Notes under the pieces: generated by a model
What the model was told of the DNA's origin: nothing
The model's database searches: none
Seen by the model: only the letters and a program-made list of their open reading frames with translations
Shown: positions 15,025 to 28,254 of the stretch, in pieces
How the letters are laid out: each line of letters begins with the position of its first letter
Position numbering within the stretch: position 1 is the stretch's first letter
Assembly: GCF_009914755.1 (NCBI RefSeq)
Contig: NC_060925.1
Length of the DNA stretch: 64,000 nucleotides
DNA from: the human T2T-CHM13v2.0 reference genome, Homo sapiens
Strand: one strand, 5' to 3'
Program-made: the position numbers and the translations under genes

Positions 15025-15045
15025 GCCAGCAAAAAAGACTATTGA

Positions 15046-16080
<1,035 letters not shown>

Positions 16081-16689
16081 GATAAAACAATTTTAAGAAA
16101 TACAAATCCACATTCACTTATTACAAATAGATTCAATGCATCTGAGAATAGCATCAAATATGGACTTAATTTAAAAATATATATAGTTCTTAGTTTTCTT
16201 CTTTGTCCCCTGCGACAGAAAAACTCAAGATACCAAGCAGTTTGACTGGAGTGGTAGGACATGCAGAATGACTGGGAAGGGGCTCCAAATGTGTGCTCTA
16301 TTCTGGAAGTAATTAAAAATCCAGGAAGTACTTACATATATGAGCTCAGCTGGACAGTTAGGCCCCAAGTTTGGGGGAGGTCAATTCATGCGGAGGATGT
16401 GGAGGATGACCTTGTCTTGCTTCACAGAGATACCCTCTAGAGAAAAAATGGAAAACAAATGTCTGAGTCTCATCTATGTGCACTGTGTGATGGATTTCTG
16501 AATGTGAAATACTGGGACCACCCAGAAAATTTTATATTTGAGAAGATCAGAAATTCTAGAAGAAAGAATTCTCTGGTCATCCGGCCAGTAAGCATTCGAT
16601 GAACACTTGTTTGGGCCACAACACTGAACTAGGAGCAGCAAAAGACATGAGAGACACCAAAAGCATGGACCCCAGGGTGAGAACCTTTA

Positions 16690-17950
16690 TGTTTCACTCA
16701 TGCAGCCTTTATGAAGCACCTGTTATGTGTCAGACACTATTCTGGGCATTGGAATGAAGCAGTAAACCAGGATAGAGGAGGCCCCTGCTCCCATGAAGTT
16801 TCAATCCTAATGGAGATGATATAGGAGTTAAAAATGAATTATTTAGGCAGATAGTGAAGGTAAGGAAGTCCTCAGTAAGGTTTTCCTTTTAATGAAAAGC
16901 AGCCCCCAAATCATTTTCTTTTCTAACAAAGAGCAGCCTGTAAAATTGAGCTGCAGACATAGAAAGGCCGACTAGAAGCTTGCACAGGTGAGTGCCGGCA
17001 GTTATGCCAACAGGCTACCTGGGGCTAGGCATGTCTAACATGGCGGCTCCATCTTCCCTTTTCCTTTCCAGCCATGTGTGCAGTAGGGAGCAGACAACAT
17101 GGCACTGGCCAAGTGGAAAGCCCATTTGCATAATAAGATTAGAGTGGGGTGGCCAGTGTCCCCTCCTGCTATGTAAACCTCACACTTGGTCCAACCAATC
17201 TGTGGGCCATATGTAAATCAGACACCGTCTCCTCAAGCCTGTCTATAAAATCCGGTGCACTCCAGTGCACTCTGCTGCAGGCCGGAAGTCCCATTTGGGC
17301 ACCCCTTACTCTCCTGCAAGAGAAAGAGCTGTTCTCCTTTCTTTCTTTTGCCTATTAAGCCTCTGCTCCTAAATCCACTTCTTGTGTCTGCATCCTCAAC
17401 TCCCTTGGTGTGAGATGACGAACCCCGGGTATTTACAATGATGCCACTTCAGAGAGAGATGAAAAACAAGCAAAAAAAAAAAAAAAAAAAAAAGCTAATT
17501 AAAACATATGTAGGCTAATTTTCAGAGAATGAAGGAAATGAAGGAGAGTAATGAGATAGAGTGGGGCTAGGAACTGGGGTTGTTTTAAATCTGGGGATCA
17601 GGGAAGGGCCCTGAGACCTGAATAATGAGAAGAGGCCACCAGGTGAAGCTCTAGGGGGAACGTATTTTAGTACAGACGCCCTGAGGAATGTTTGAGGATC
17701 ACAGAGAGGGAGGCAGCAGTATGGTTAGAGAGTGAGAATGAGGTGAGGGAGGAGGGCAAGGGCCAGACCATCTTAGCCTGTGGACCAGGGAAGAAGTTGG
17801 TTTCATTCAAAGCCTAACAACAAGCCTCTGCAGGGTTTTAAGCAGGAGAGTAATATGAGCTGATTGAAACAGCAAAAGCCCACGCCAGCTGCTTTGTGAG
17901 GAATGGAGCCGCAGTGGAAGCTACCAGCAGGGAGGCTGGTTAGGATTGCA
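16690..17950 (-). mobile_element. L2 fragments (host of MER50 and MER4 insertions; continue after 19670)
   Basis: GCACCTGTTATGTGTCAGACACTATTCTGGGC; GGTTTTAAGCAGGAGAGTAATATGA. Confidence 0.65.
16817..17451 (+). mobile_element. ERV1 solo LTR (MER50-like)
   Basis: TGATATAGGAGTTAA..TTAGGCAGATAGTGA...GCCACTTCA; TATAAAA at ~17245; 4-bp TSD GAGA. Confidence 0.8.
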
Positions 17951-18041
17951 GTCTAAACCAAAAGTAGAATTCTAAGGCCCCACTGACCATCTGAACAGAT
18001 CCTCCTCTTGGCCAAGTGCATTCCAAAGTTAGCCTACATAC

Positions 18042-18248
18042 AGGCTCACTCCTCTAATCCCGTTCCCGGAACCAAGCCGGGTCTGGCTGCGTTTTCTCAT
18101 GGCCCAATAACAAAAAGCAGATAAACTAGGAATTATTGCTGTAACTGGATACAGAGAGAAGGTCGGAGATAATTCCACCAGACCAACTCAAAATGTTACA
18201 ATTTTCTTAATGCTTATATAGGTAGGGGTTATATGCCTACGTGTAGTA
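18042..18248 (-). repeat. Inverted copy of 15861-16068 (LTR 3' end plus Alu junction)
   Basis: Manual alignment, about 16 differences in 208 nt. Confidence 0.95.
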
Positions 18249-18252
18249 TGGC

Positions 18253-18807
18253 AAAATTAGCCTACATATATTTTAATTAGCTTTTTTTTTTTTTTTTTTT
18301 TTTGCTTATTTTTCATCTCTCTCTGAAGTGGCATCATTATCTGGGGTAAATACCCAGGGTTCGGGGCCGGGCGCGGTGGCTCACGCCTGTAATCCCAGCA
18401 CTTTGGGAGGCCGAGGCGGGCGGATCACGAGGTCAGGAGATCGAGACCATCCCGGCTAAAACGGTGAAACCCCGTCTCTACTAAAAATACAAAAAATTAG
18501 CCGGGCGTAGTGGCGGGCACCTGTAGTCCCAGCTACTTGGGAGGCTGAGGCAGGAGAATGGCGTGACCCGGGAGGCGGAGCTTGCAGTGAGCCGAGATCC
18601 CGCCACTGCACTCCAGCCTGGGCGACAGAGCGAGACTCCGTCTCAAAAAAAAAAAAAAAAAAAATACCCAGGGTTCGTTGTCTCACACCAAGGGAGTTGA
18701 GGACGCAGACACAAGAAGCTGATTTAGGAGCAGAGGCTTAATAGGCAAAACAAAGAAAGGAGAACAGCTCTCTCTCTTGCAGGAGAGTGAGGGGTGCCCA
18801 AATGGGA
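18253..18807 (-). repeat. Inverted copy of 17289-17522 (MER50 3' end plus flank), split by AluYa5
   Basis: Manual alignment, about 11 substitutions and one 7-nt indel in ~235 nt. Confidence 0.95.
18365..18661 (+). mobile_element. AluYa5, full length
   Basis: All five diagnostics: ATCCCGGCTAAAACGG (two), GGCGTAGTGG, CTACTTGGGA, GATCCCGCC; 16-bp TSD AAATACCCAGGGTTCG (18348-18363, 18662-18677). Confidence 0.95.
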
Positions 18808-19225
18808 TCCCATGACGGGGGAGGGGGTCAGACATGCTTCATTATACCCTCCTCTCTTTTGGAATTCAGGAAAAGCTGATCAGCATTAACATCAACACAG
18901 ACCTTAAGTCTGATAAGAAACATTTACAATCTATTCTCTCTGAAGCCTCCTACCTGGAGGTTTCATCTGCATAATAAAACTTTGGTTTCCACAACCCCTT
19001 ATCATCATAACCCAGACATTCCTTTCTATTGATTCCAGGTCTTTAAATAATAACTTAACTCTTTCAACCGAATGCCAATCAGAAAATTTCTAAATCTACC
19101 TATAACCTGGAGGCCCCATCCTCACCCCTTCTAGTTGTCCCACCTTTCAGAACTGAACCAATGTACATCTTACATATATTTGATTGATGTCTAATATATC
19201 CCTAAAATGTATAGAACTAGGCTGT

Positions 19226-19535
19226 GGCCCAGTGCAGTTGTTCAAACCTGTAATCCTGGCACTTTGGGAGGCTGAGGCAGGAGGATCGCTCAAGCTCAGG
19301 AGCTAGAGACCAGCCTGGGCAATGTGGTGAAACCCCATCTCTACAAAAAACACAAAAATTAGCTAGGTGTGGTGGTGCGTGCCTGTAGTCCCAGCTACTC
19401 TGGAGGCTTAGGTGGGAGGATTGCTTGAGTCTGGTAGGTTGAGGCTGCAGTGAGCGATATCACACCACTGCACTCCAGCCAGGGCAACAGAGTGAGACCC
19501 TGTCTCAAAAACCAAACAAACAAACAAACAAACCA
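19226..19535 (+). mobile_element. AluJ in MER4
   Basis: Dimer, (CAAA)n tail, TSD AAC(T/C)AGGCTGT. Confidence 0.9.
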
Positions 19536-19874
19536 GGCTGTGCCCAGACCACCTTGGGCACATGTTCTCAGGATCTCCTGAGGGCTATGTCACAGACCAC
19601 TGGTCACTCCTATTTGACTCAGAATACATCTCTTCAAATATTTTACAGAGTTTGACTCTTTCTGTTGATAGCAGTAAACTCAGAGGAGGAAGGCTGGGGG
19701 CTAGGATGGACAGGCAGCAGTAGGGATGGTGAGATAGGATTTGATTTAATACACAGTCCGAGGAGCCAGGACCTGCTGGTTTTTTCTGTGGGTGGGATGA
19801 GTGGAGAAAGTGAGGATGATTCAGGATTGTGGCTTGAACAAATGCAGTCTCCAACTGAGACTGGGGGAAGGAGG

Positions 19875-20125
19875 TTTTGTTTTTGTTTTTGAGATAGGGT
19901 TTCACACAGTCTCCCAGGCTGGAGTACAGTGGTGCGATCATAGCTCTCACTACAGCCTTGAACCCCTGGGCTCAAGTGATCCTCCTACTTCAATATCCCA
20001 AGTAGCTGTGATCACAGGCACATGCCAGCTAATTTTTTAGATTTTTATAGAGATGTGGGATCTCACTATGTTGCCCACCCCTCAAAAATGCTGGGATTAC
20101 AAACATGAGTCATTATGTCCAACCT
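19875..20125 (-). mobile_element. AluJ with internal deletion
   Basis: Diverged Alu; left monomer shortened at ~20075. Confidence 0.8.
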
Positions 20126-20369
20126 GAAGGAGGTGTTTTAACGGGAAATCGAAGAAGAGGCTTGGAAGAGAAAAATGAAGAATACCATATGGGACATGTT
20201 AAATTTGCAGTGCTTTATTATTCATTCAATTTGGTTGAACAAACAAATTATAAACAGGCAGAACAAAGTGAATATTGTAAAAAGCATGGTATCCACAGAG
20301 GCCTCAAATATTATATATGAAATCCCCTTAAACCCTTACACCAAAGGATCCTGCAGCTCAAAGCTCCAA

Positions 20370-20560
20370 CTTCATCACTTACCTAGATGACTGTGGGCAT
20401 GATCTTAACTCCCCAGATCTTACATTCCTCACCTGTAAAATACAGATAAAAATAGTATTAACTTCATAAGCCTGTTGTGACAGTTGAAAGAGATTCTGTA
20501 CATAGAATACTTAGCACTGGCCCACAGTAATATATTAATATTCGTGAATATTAGCTGTTG
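20370..20560 (+). mobile_element. MIR
   Basis: TTCCTCACCTGTAAAAT..CATAGAATACTTAGCAC..TATTAGCTG. Confidence 0.7.
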
Positions 20561-20589
20561 GCATTCAATGAATGTGAACTATTGGTAGT

Positions 20590-21369
<780 letters not shown>

Positions 21370-22120
21370 GTGGTGGTATTAGTATTAGCATGGATGATAC
21401 TTATTTCCATATCTTGGTAGAGGGCCCTGCCAAATAGAGCCATTTACAACCAGTCCTTTCAATTCATGTAACAGTCTTCGTCTCTAATAAAGAACTTGAT
21501 TGTATGTGGTTGGCGTTTTAGCAGAAAGAAGATTGAGATGATCTGTTTATAATTATGGAATTTTTAGTAGGTTTGCAGTGACCAGGATTGATTTAGTCCA
21601 ATTACCTCATTTTATGATTAAGAAAACTGAAGCCTAGAAATGTGATGTGATTTGGCAGAGGACACATATCTATATAGCACCCAAGCCAGTATAGAAACCT
21701 TGTCTTCTAAGGTTATTTCTTGAAAGTTTATTTCTTCTAAGGTTATTGCTTGAAAAAGAAATTCTAGTGCAACAGAACAAGTTGGAGTTAGGATTTTTAC
21801 CTTTGGAGTAAACTGAAGTCTTGAGAATGTTTCCCCCATTTTGCTTATTTGGTCCTACAGTCTAATAACATCAAATTTCATTACCTTCTTCCCTTCCTAA
21901 TCACAACTCCTCTTCCAATCATCTCGCCTGCTTTAAGTCCAAACATATTTTCAAGAGGAAATGTCAGACAAGAAGATTCAGGAATCAGGAGGGGAAAAAG
22001 ATGAACACAAGATACCTCTCTCCTTCTTCAACTCGATTCAGAACACTTAGTGTTCACTTCCTATTTAACTCTGGAGAGGTTATGCAGCAACTCAGAGAGG
22101 CTGAAAAATATGAAACTCTA

Positions 22121-22265
22121 GGCTGGGTGTGGTGGGTCATGCCTGTAATTCCAGCACTTTGGGAGGCAAAGGTGGGCAGATCGCTTGAGCCCTGAAGTTT
22201 GAGCCCAGCCTGGACAATGTGGTGAAATCCTGTCTCTACAAAAAAATTAAAAATTAAAAAAAAAA
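22121..22265 (+). mobile_element. Free left Alu monomer (FLAM/AluJ)
   Basis: Monomer with A tail; TSD AAA(C/T)TCTA. Confidence 0.8.
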
Positions 22266-22339
22266 TTCTAAACAAATGTGACCAGTTGTGACTTCATCTG
22301 TAGTTCCCGCAGCCTGGGAATGATGTTATTTCAAGCAAC

Positions 22340-22644
22340 TCTTTTTTATTTTTATTTTTTATTCTTCTTCTTATTTTTTGAGACAGAGTCTCACTCTCCT
22401 GCCCAGGCTGGAGTGCGGTGGCGTGATCTTGGCTCATTACAACCTTCGCCCAGGTTCAAGTGATTCTCTTACCTCAGCCTCCTGAGTAGCTGGGACTACA
22501 GGTGCACGCTACCACACCTGGCTAAATTTGTATTTTTAGTAACAACAGGGTTTCACCCAGCCTGGAGCTCCTGATCTCAGGTGATCCACCCACCTCAGCC
22601 TCCCAAAGTGCTGGGATTACAGGTGTGAGCCACCATACCCGGCC
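22340..22644 (-). mobile_element. AluS
   Basis: Dimer; TSD AGCAACT. Confidence 0.88.
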
Positions 22645-22931
22645 AGCAACTTATTATTATTATTTTTTGAAAAAGCAATTCTAGTGCAACAAAACAAGTT
22701 GGAGTTAGGATTTTTACGTTTGGAGTAAACTGAAGGCTTAAATACCATATCAGTTAGGATGCTTTCAGCTGCAAGTAACTTAATAGCTGAATAACATGGC
22801 TAAAACAGTAAGGGATTTGTTATGTCATATAATGAGAACATTAAAGTTAGAGAATTCAGGGTAGTTCAACAAATTCAAGGAGCCTGGAGTGTCTTCTCAG
22901 GAATTCTGTTGGCAGCAGCTCCCAGGGTAAT

Positions 22932-23291
22932 TGTATTAATCATGCCTTTCTATTTGCCGTATTTCTGATACTTTGACCTCTGGGGGCCTTGCTGACCCTT
23001 GAGAAACTGTCCCTGTCTGGGCTAGTCAATTCCTGGAGACAGTAAATCACTTGCCCAGAAGTGTGACTTTCAGATACAAACCAACCCATCCAGAGCCCAC
23101 ACCCCAACCACCTCCTTTATGAGGCACTCACAGGGCTCTCATACTCTGGGCCACTATCCACCTGCCCTGATCACCCCAGGGTCAGGTACCAGGCAACTAT
23201 GGATGGTCCCTATGCCCCAGAGCCCACTGAAAGTATTGAAATCAGCTGATCCTAAGCCTGCTAACTCTGCCTCACTTGTTCTGTCATGTGG
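22932..23291 (+). mobile_element. MER74A-like ERVL LTR, 3' truncated
   Basis: TGTATTAATCATG..GGGCCTTGCTGACCC..CCAGAGCCCACACCCCAACCACCTCCTTTAT. Confidence 0.75.
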
Positions 23292-25740
23292 CGCCCACAC
23301 TGGCTCTCCCTAACTCATCACTCCCTTTTCATTACATACAGCCAAAATGCAAGGCTGTGTGGTCGGAGTTCTTACACAAGAGCCGGACCATGCCCTGTAA
23401 CCTTTTTGTCCAAACAACTTGACCTTACTGTTTTAGGCTGGCCATCATGTCTCCACGTGGTGGCTGACACCGCCATAATACTTTTAGAGGCCCTCAAAAT
23501 CACAAACTGTGCTCAACTCACTCTCTACAGTTCTCATAACTTCCAAAATCGATTTTCTTCCTCAAACCTGATGCATATACTTTCTGCCCCACTCCACTAC
23601 CTCTCAGCAAGCCAAACTCATTACCTTAACTCGAGCCCTCACTCTTGCAAAAGGACTACGCGTCAATATTTATACTGACTCTAAATATGCCTTCCATATC
23701 CTGCACCACCATGCTGTTTTATGGGCTGAAAGAGGTTTCCTCACTACACAAGGGTCCTCCATCATTAATGCCTCTTTAATAAAAACTCTTCTCAAGGCCA
23801 CTTTACTTCCAAAGGAAGCTGGAGTCATTCACTGCAAGGGCCATCAAAAGGCATCAGATCCCATTGCTCAGGGCAACACTTATGCTGATAAGGTAGCTAA
23901 AGAAGCAACTAGTGTTCCAACTCCTATCCCTCACGGCCACTTTTTCTCCTTCTCATCGGTCACTCCCACCTACTCCCCCACTGAAACTTCCACCTATCAG
24001 TCTCTTCCCAAACAAGGCAAATGGTTCTTAGACCAAAGAAACTATCTTCTTCCAGCCTCACAGGCCCATTCTATTCTGTCATCATTTCATAACCTCTTCC
24101 ATATGGATTACAAGCTGCTAGCCCATCTCTTAGAACCTCTCATTTCCTTTCCATTGTGGAAATCTATCCTCAAGAAAATCACTTCTCAGTGTTCCATCTG
24201 CTATGCTACTGCTCCTCAGGGATTATTCAGGCCCTGTGACCTCCCTTCCCTACACATCGAGCTCAGGGATTTGCCCCTGCCCAGGACTGGCAAATTAATT
24301 TTACTTACATCCCCCGAGTCAGGAAACTAAAATACCTCTTGGTCTAGGTAGACACTTTCACTGGATAGGTAGAGGCCTTTCCCACAGGGTCTGAGAAGGC
24401 CACCACGATCATTTCTTCCCTTCTGTCAGACATAATTCCTCAGTTTGGCTTTCCCACCTCTATACAGTCTAATAATGGACAGGCCTTTACTAGTCAGATC
24501 ACCCAAGCAGTTTCTCAGGCTCTTGGTATTCAGTGGAACCTTCATACCCCTTACCGTCCTCAATCATCAGGAAAAGTAGAACTGACTAATGGTCTTTTCA
24601 AAACACACCTCACCAAGCTCAGCCTCCAACTTAAAAAGGACTGGACAGTACTTTTACCACTTGCCCTTCTCAGAATTCGGATTGCTACAGGGTACAGCCC
24701 ATTTGCGCTCCTGTATGGATGCTCCTTTTTATTAGGCCCCAGTCTCATTCCAGACACCAGCCCAACTTGAACTGCACCCCAAAAACTTGTCATCCCTACT
24801 GTCTTCTGTCTAGTCATACTCCTATTCGCCATTCTCATCTACCCATAAATGCCCTGCTCTTGTTTACATTGCCGGTTTACACTTTTCCTTCGAACCAGCA
24901 TAACTGATATCTCCTGGTTTTACCTCAAACCGCCACCCTTAAGTCTCTCTTAAAGTGGATAGATAATCTTTGCTGACAGGGTACGCTCCAATACTTTCAC
25001 CCTGATGAAGCCCTATTCTTTACTTTTATACTCACTCTTATTCTCATTCTCATTCTTATGCCACTCTCTACCTCTCTCCCCAGCTATCTCCACCACACTA
25101 TCAATCTCTCTCACTCTCTCCTAGCCGTTTCTAATCCTTCTTTAACAAACAATTGCTGGCTTTGCATTTCTCTTTCCTCCAAAATCGCTGAGGCCTCAAC
25201 TTACACACTGAAAAAAAAAAAGACTCTGTATATTTTTAAATGAAAAGTGTTGTTTTTACCTAAATCAATCTGACTTGGTTTGTGACAACATAAAAAAACT
25301 CAAGGATAGAGCCTAAACTTGGGACCAAGCAAGTAATTACGCTGAACCCCCTTAGGCACTCTCTAATGTCCTGGATGTCTGGATGTCCTGGGCCCTCCCA
25401 ATTCTTAGTCCTTTAATATCTGTTTTTCTACTTCTTTTATTCGGGTCTTGTGTCTTCCGTTTAGTTTCTTAATTCATCCAAAACCGTATCCAGGTCATTA
25501 CCAATCATTCTATACGAAAAATGTTTCTTCTAACAACCTCACAATGTCACCCCTTACCACAAAATCTTCCTTCAGCTTAATCTCTCCTACTCTAGCTTCC
25601 CACGCCACCCCTAATCCCGCTCGAAGCAGCCCTGAGAAACACCGTCCATTATCTCTCCACACCACCCCCCAAAATTTTCACTGCCCCAACACTCACCACT
25701 ATTTCATTTTATTTTTCTTATTAATATAAGAAGACAGGAA
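23292..25740 (+). mobile_element. HERV-H internal region, 5' half missing (pol 3' part and env remnant)
   Basis: RNase H YTDSKYAFHIL..VIHCKGHQK..GNTYADKVAK (~23670-23907); integrase HHCC, VDTF, YRPQSSGKVE; PPT AAGAAGACAGGAA. Confidence 0.92.
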
Positions 25741-26141
25741 TATCAGGTCTCTGAGCCCAAGCTAAGCCATCATATCCCCTGTGACCTGCATGTATACATC
25801 CAGATGGCCTGAAGCAAGTGAAGAATCACAAAAGAAGTGAAAATGGCCTGTTCCTGCCTTAACTGATGACATTACCTTGTGAAATTCCTTCTCCTGGCTG
25901 ATCCTGGCTCAAAAGCTCCCCCACTGAGCACCTTGTGACCCCCACCCCTGCCCACCAGAGGACAACCCTCTTTGGCTGTAATTTTCCACTACCTACCCAA
26001 ATCCTATAAAACAGCCCCACCCCTATCTCCTTTCACTGACTCTCTTTTTGGACTTAGCCCACCTGCACCCAGGGGAAATAAACAGCCTTGTTGCTCACAC
26101 AAAGCCTGTTTGGTGGTCTCTTCACACGGACGTGTGTGACA
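25741..26141 (+). mobile_element. HERV-H 3' LTR (LTR7 family)
   Basis: TCAGGTCTCTGAGCCCAAGCTAAGCCATC..CCTATAAAA..GGTGGTCTCTTCACACGGACGTGTGTGACA. Confidence 0.93.
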
Positions 26142-26698
26142 AGGAACACCCTCCTTGAGCACAGGGGGAGGGTGAATATCAGAACTGAATCTGACTTCTG
26201 ACAACATAGGAGCTGAAGGGACCTTGGATGTTGGGTAAGCAGTTCCCACTGTCTGTCACAAGCCCTAATAAAATACAAGTAAGAGAAAAGAACAAAACTG
26301 GGGCAATCTAATCAAGAAAGGCTTTCTGGAATGCATGAGGCCCCAGCGAGATCTAAAATTCCTAGATGGACTTGGTGTTGTGGAAGCAAGACAGCAGTCG
26401 GGCAAAGGAGAGACAGGAAGCAAATGAATTCTACCTTGCCAACAATGGGAAACAGACATACTTAATGTGAGTAGAGAGGTAGCCTTGGCCAGGAAAGTTT
26501 GTTTGAAGATCCTGGTCTGTCTTGACTTTAAATCACTTGCCTTTGGAATGGAAGAGAACAGACATCTCATCAAATGAACCAATCTGAATGCAAGGAGCAC
26601 CCGAATCCATCCCCACTCAGGAATCCTGGTTACAGATGCTAAAAGATGTCTTTGACAGTGAACAGTGGGTCATAAGATCTATTTCTGCCTCCTGTCTG

Positions 26699-26717
26699 TG
26701 ACTCACTGGATGACTCA
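26699..26717 (+). promoter_or_regulatory. Tandem AP-1 motifs (TGACTCA x2)
   Basis: Motif matches at 26699 and 26711 in non-repeat DNA; motif only. Confidence 0.35.
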
Positions 26718-27117
26718 AGGTGAATCTCTCCCCATTTCTGAGTATCTGGCCCCCATCCATGAAGAACAGAAGATCACATCAGTATTTCCCTTCGGCAAGG
26801 TTGGCCCCCGCTGCAGCAACTGTGCAAAGACCACCAGACTGCCCTCTCTGCCAGCTTACTCTTCAGCCTTTCTGGCTCTTTCTCCCACTTCCACATCCCT
26901 GCTTCATTTTTCTTTTTCTCCTTTTGCAAATAGCATTGCTCCAAAGCAACCCAGGCACGTGTCTTGGGGACAGCGCTGCGAGCTACCCCTGAGCTGTGGG
27001 GAGCAGGCCCAAGATTGTTTGCTATTAGCAACTCCTGTTTGCAGGATAAATAAAGCGAACCTGAGTGCAGGCTCCTGTGGGCTGGGACATTTTCATTCTG
27101 CAGCAGGTCAGCTTCCA

Positions 27118-27134
27118 TTCCACTAGGGGGCTTT
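27118..27134 (+). promoter_or_regulatory. Candidate CTCF site
   Basis: TTCCACTAGGGGGCTTT matches core CCAC/GYAGRKGGC. Confidence 0.5.
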
Positions 27135-27687
27135 GAATGTTAATAGGCATTTCTTTCCAGGTACCCTTCTCCTTTCTCTACAGTGCACCAGTCCCTGTGG
27201 GACCTTCCATTGGCATCCTACGGAGAGATTATTACTCTTTTCATTGTTTTCCTTACAAATTAGTTTCTGGATTTAATGGCTTTGGTTGCTGAGCAGATTT
27301 TGGAAATTGGGGCAGATGGTGGGGTGGGGTGATCTGCAGAGCCCATTATGGGCACTGGGTTATTGACTGCTTGGGATTTAAGGTGGAATTAACGCTTTCC
27401 TGTTTCTTGGGGAATTTTGCGATGGGGTTGGACCTTCTTTTCCCTTAGAAGGAATTGTGTTTGTTGTTATTGCATGTTTAAGAAGCTTCTAGAAATTGTA
27501 GCTCTGGAATACAATAGGTAGAGAATGCAGGTTTTTAATGGGATGTGGGGGAGTGTTGCTCAGTTGTGGGAAGATTTGTAATAATGGTTGGGACTGGGGA
27601 TAGAGCGTTACCTGAGGACGGTTTTATTAATGCCACAAAGCATAAAGTTTAAAAAAAAAGAAAAAAGAAAATCCAGGGGTGTCTTAC

Positions 27688-28254
27688 TGTCAGAAGCTTT
27701 GGAACCATGTTGAATAGGTGCTGGGTAAAATGAGACTGAGACCTGCTGGGCTGCATTCCCAGGAGGTTAGGGATTCGCAGTCACAGGGTGTTTACAGTTA
27801 AGGGAACAGGTTAATAATGTTTACCAAACAGACCCAGGACTTAACAGACCCAAGAAATGTCTTGATGTCCTGCTATCTTAAGCACAAAAGCATTCTTTGT
27901 TTAGTAATAAATTTTGCTTTAAAGATAGTAATATAGATTCTTGCAAAAGTCAGTAGTTACACAAGGATTAACAATCCTTTGTCATGAGCCCTTGTAATAG
28001 ACCACATCCTTTTCATGATTTTTTGCCTTGTTATCTCATATATAAACATGCATTGCACCTAATAAGGTGGGCGCCTTACTCCTCTTGCTTTCAGAAATGC
28101 CCTGCTCAGTCCATGGAGCAACCATTCTTTCATTCCTTTACTTTCTTAATAAACTTGCTTTCACTTTACTCTGTGGACTCACCTGGAATTCCTTCTTGTG
28201 CAAGATCTAAGAACCCTCTTTCGGGGTCTGGATTGGGACCCCTCTTTCATAACA
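27688..28254 (+). mobile_element. MER41 solo LTR
   Basis: TGTCAGA..GCTGGGTAAAATGAGACTGAGACCTGCTGGGCTGCATTCCCAG...GGGTCTGGATTGGGACCCCT..TAACA. Confidence 0.88.

Larger units (their letters stand above)
17952..19670 (+). mobile_element. MER4-family solo LTR, interrupted by templated insertion (18036-18808) and Alu (19226-19535)
   Basis: Collinear with MER4 copy at 32081-32814; 4-bp TSD GCAG. Confidence 0.88.

Noticed and set aside
27260-27640. C-poor, G/T-skewed stretch with G-runs
   Set aside because: No periodicity or clear four-tract G-quadruplex; compositional only.
27688-28254. MER41 as interferon-inducible STAT1 enhancer
   Set aside because: I found no clean TTCNNNGAA at the expected sites (TTCCCAGGA and TTTCAGAAA are degenerate).
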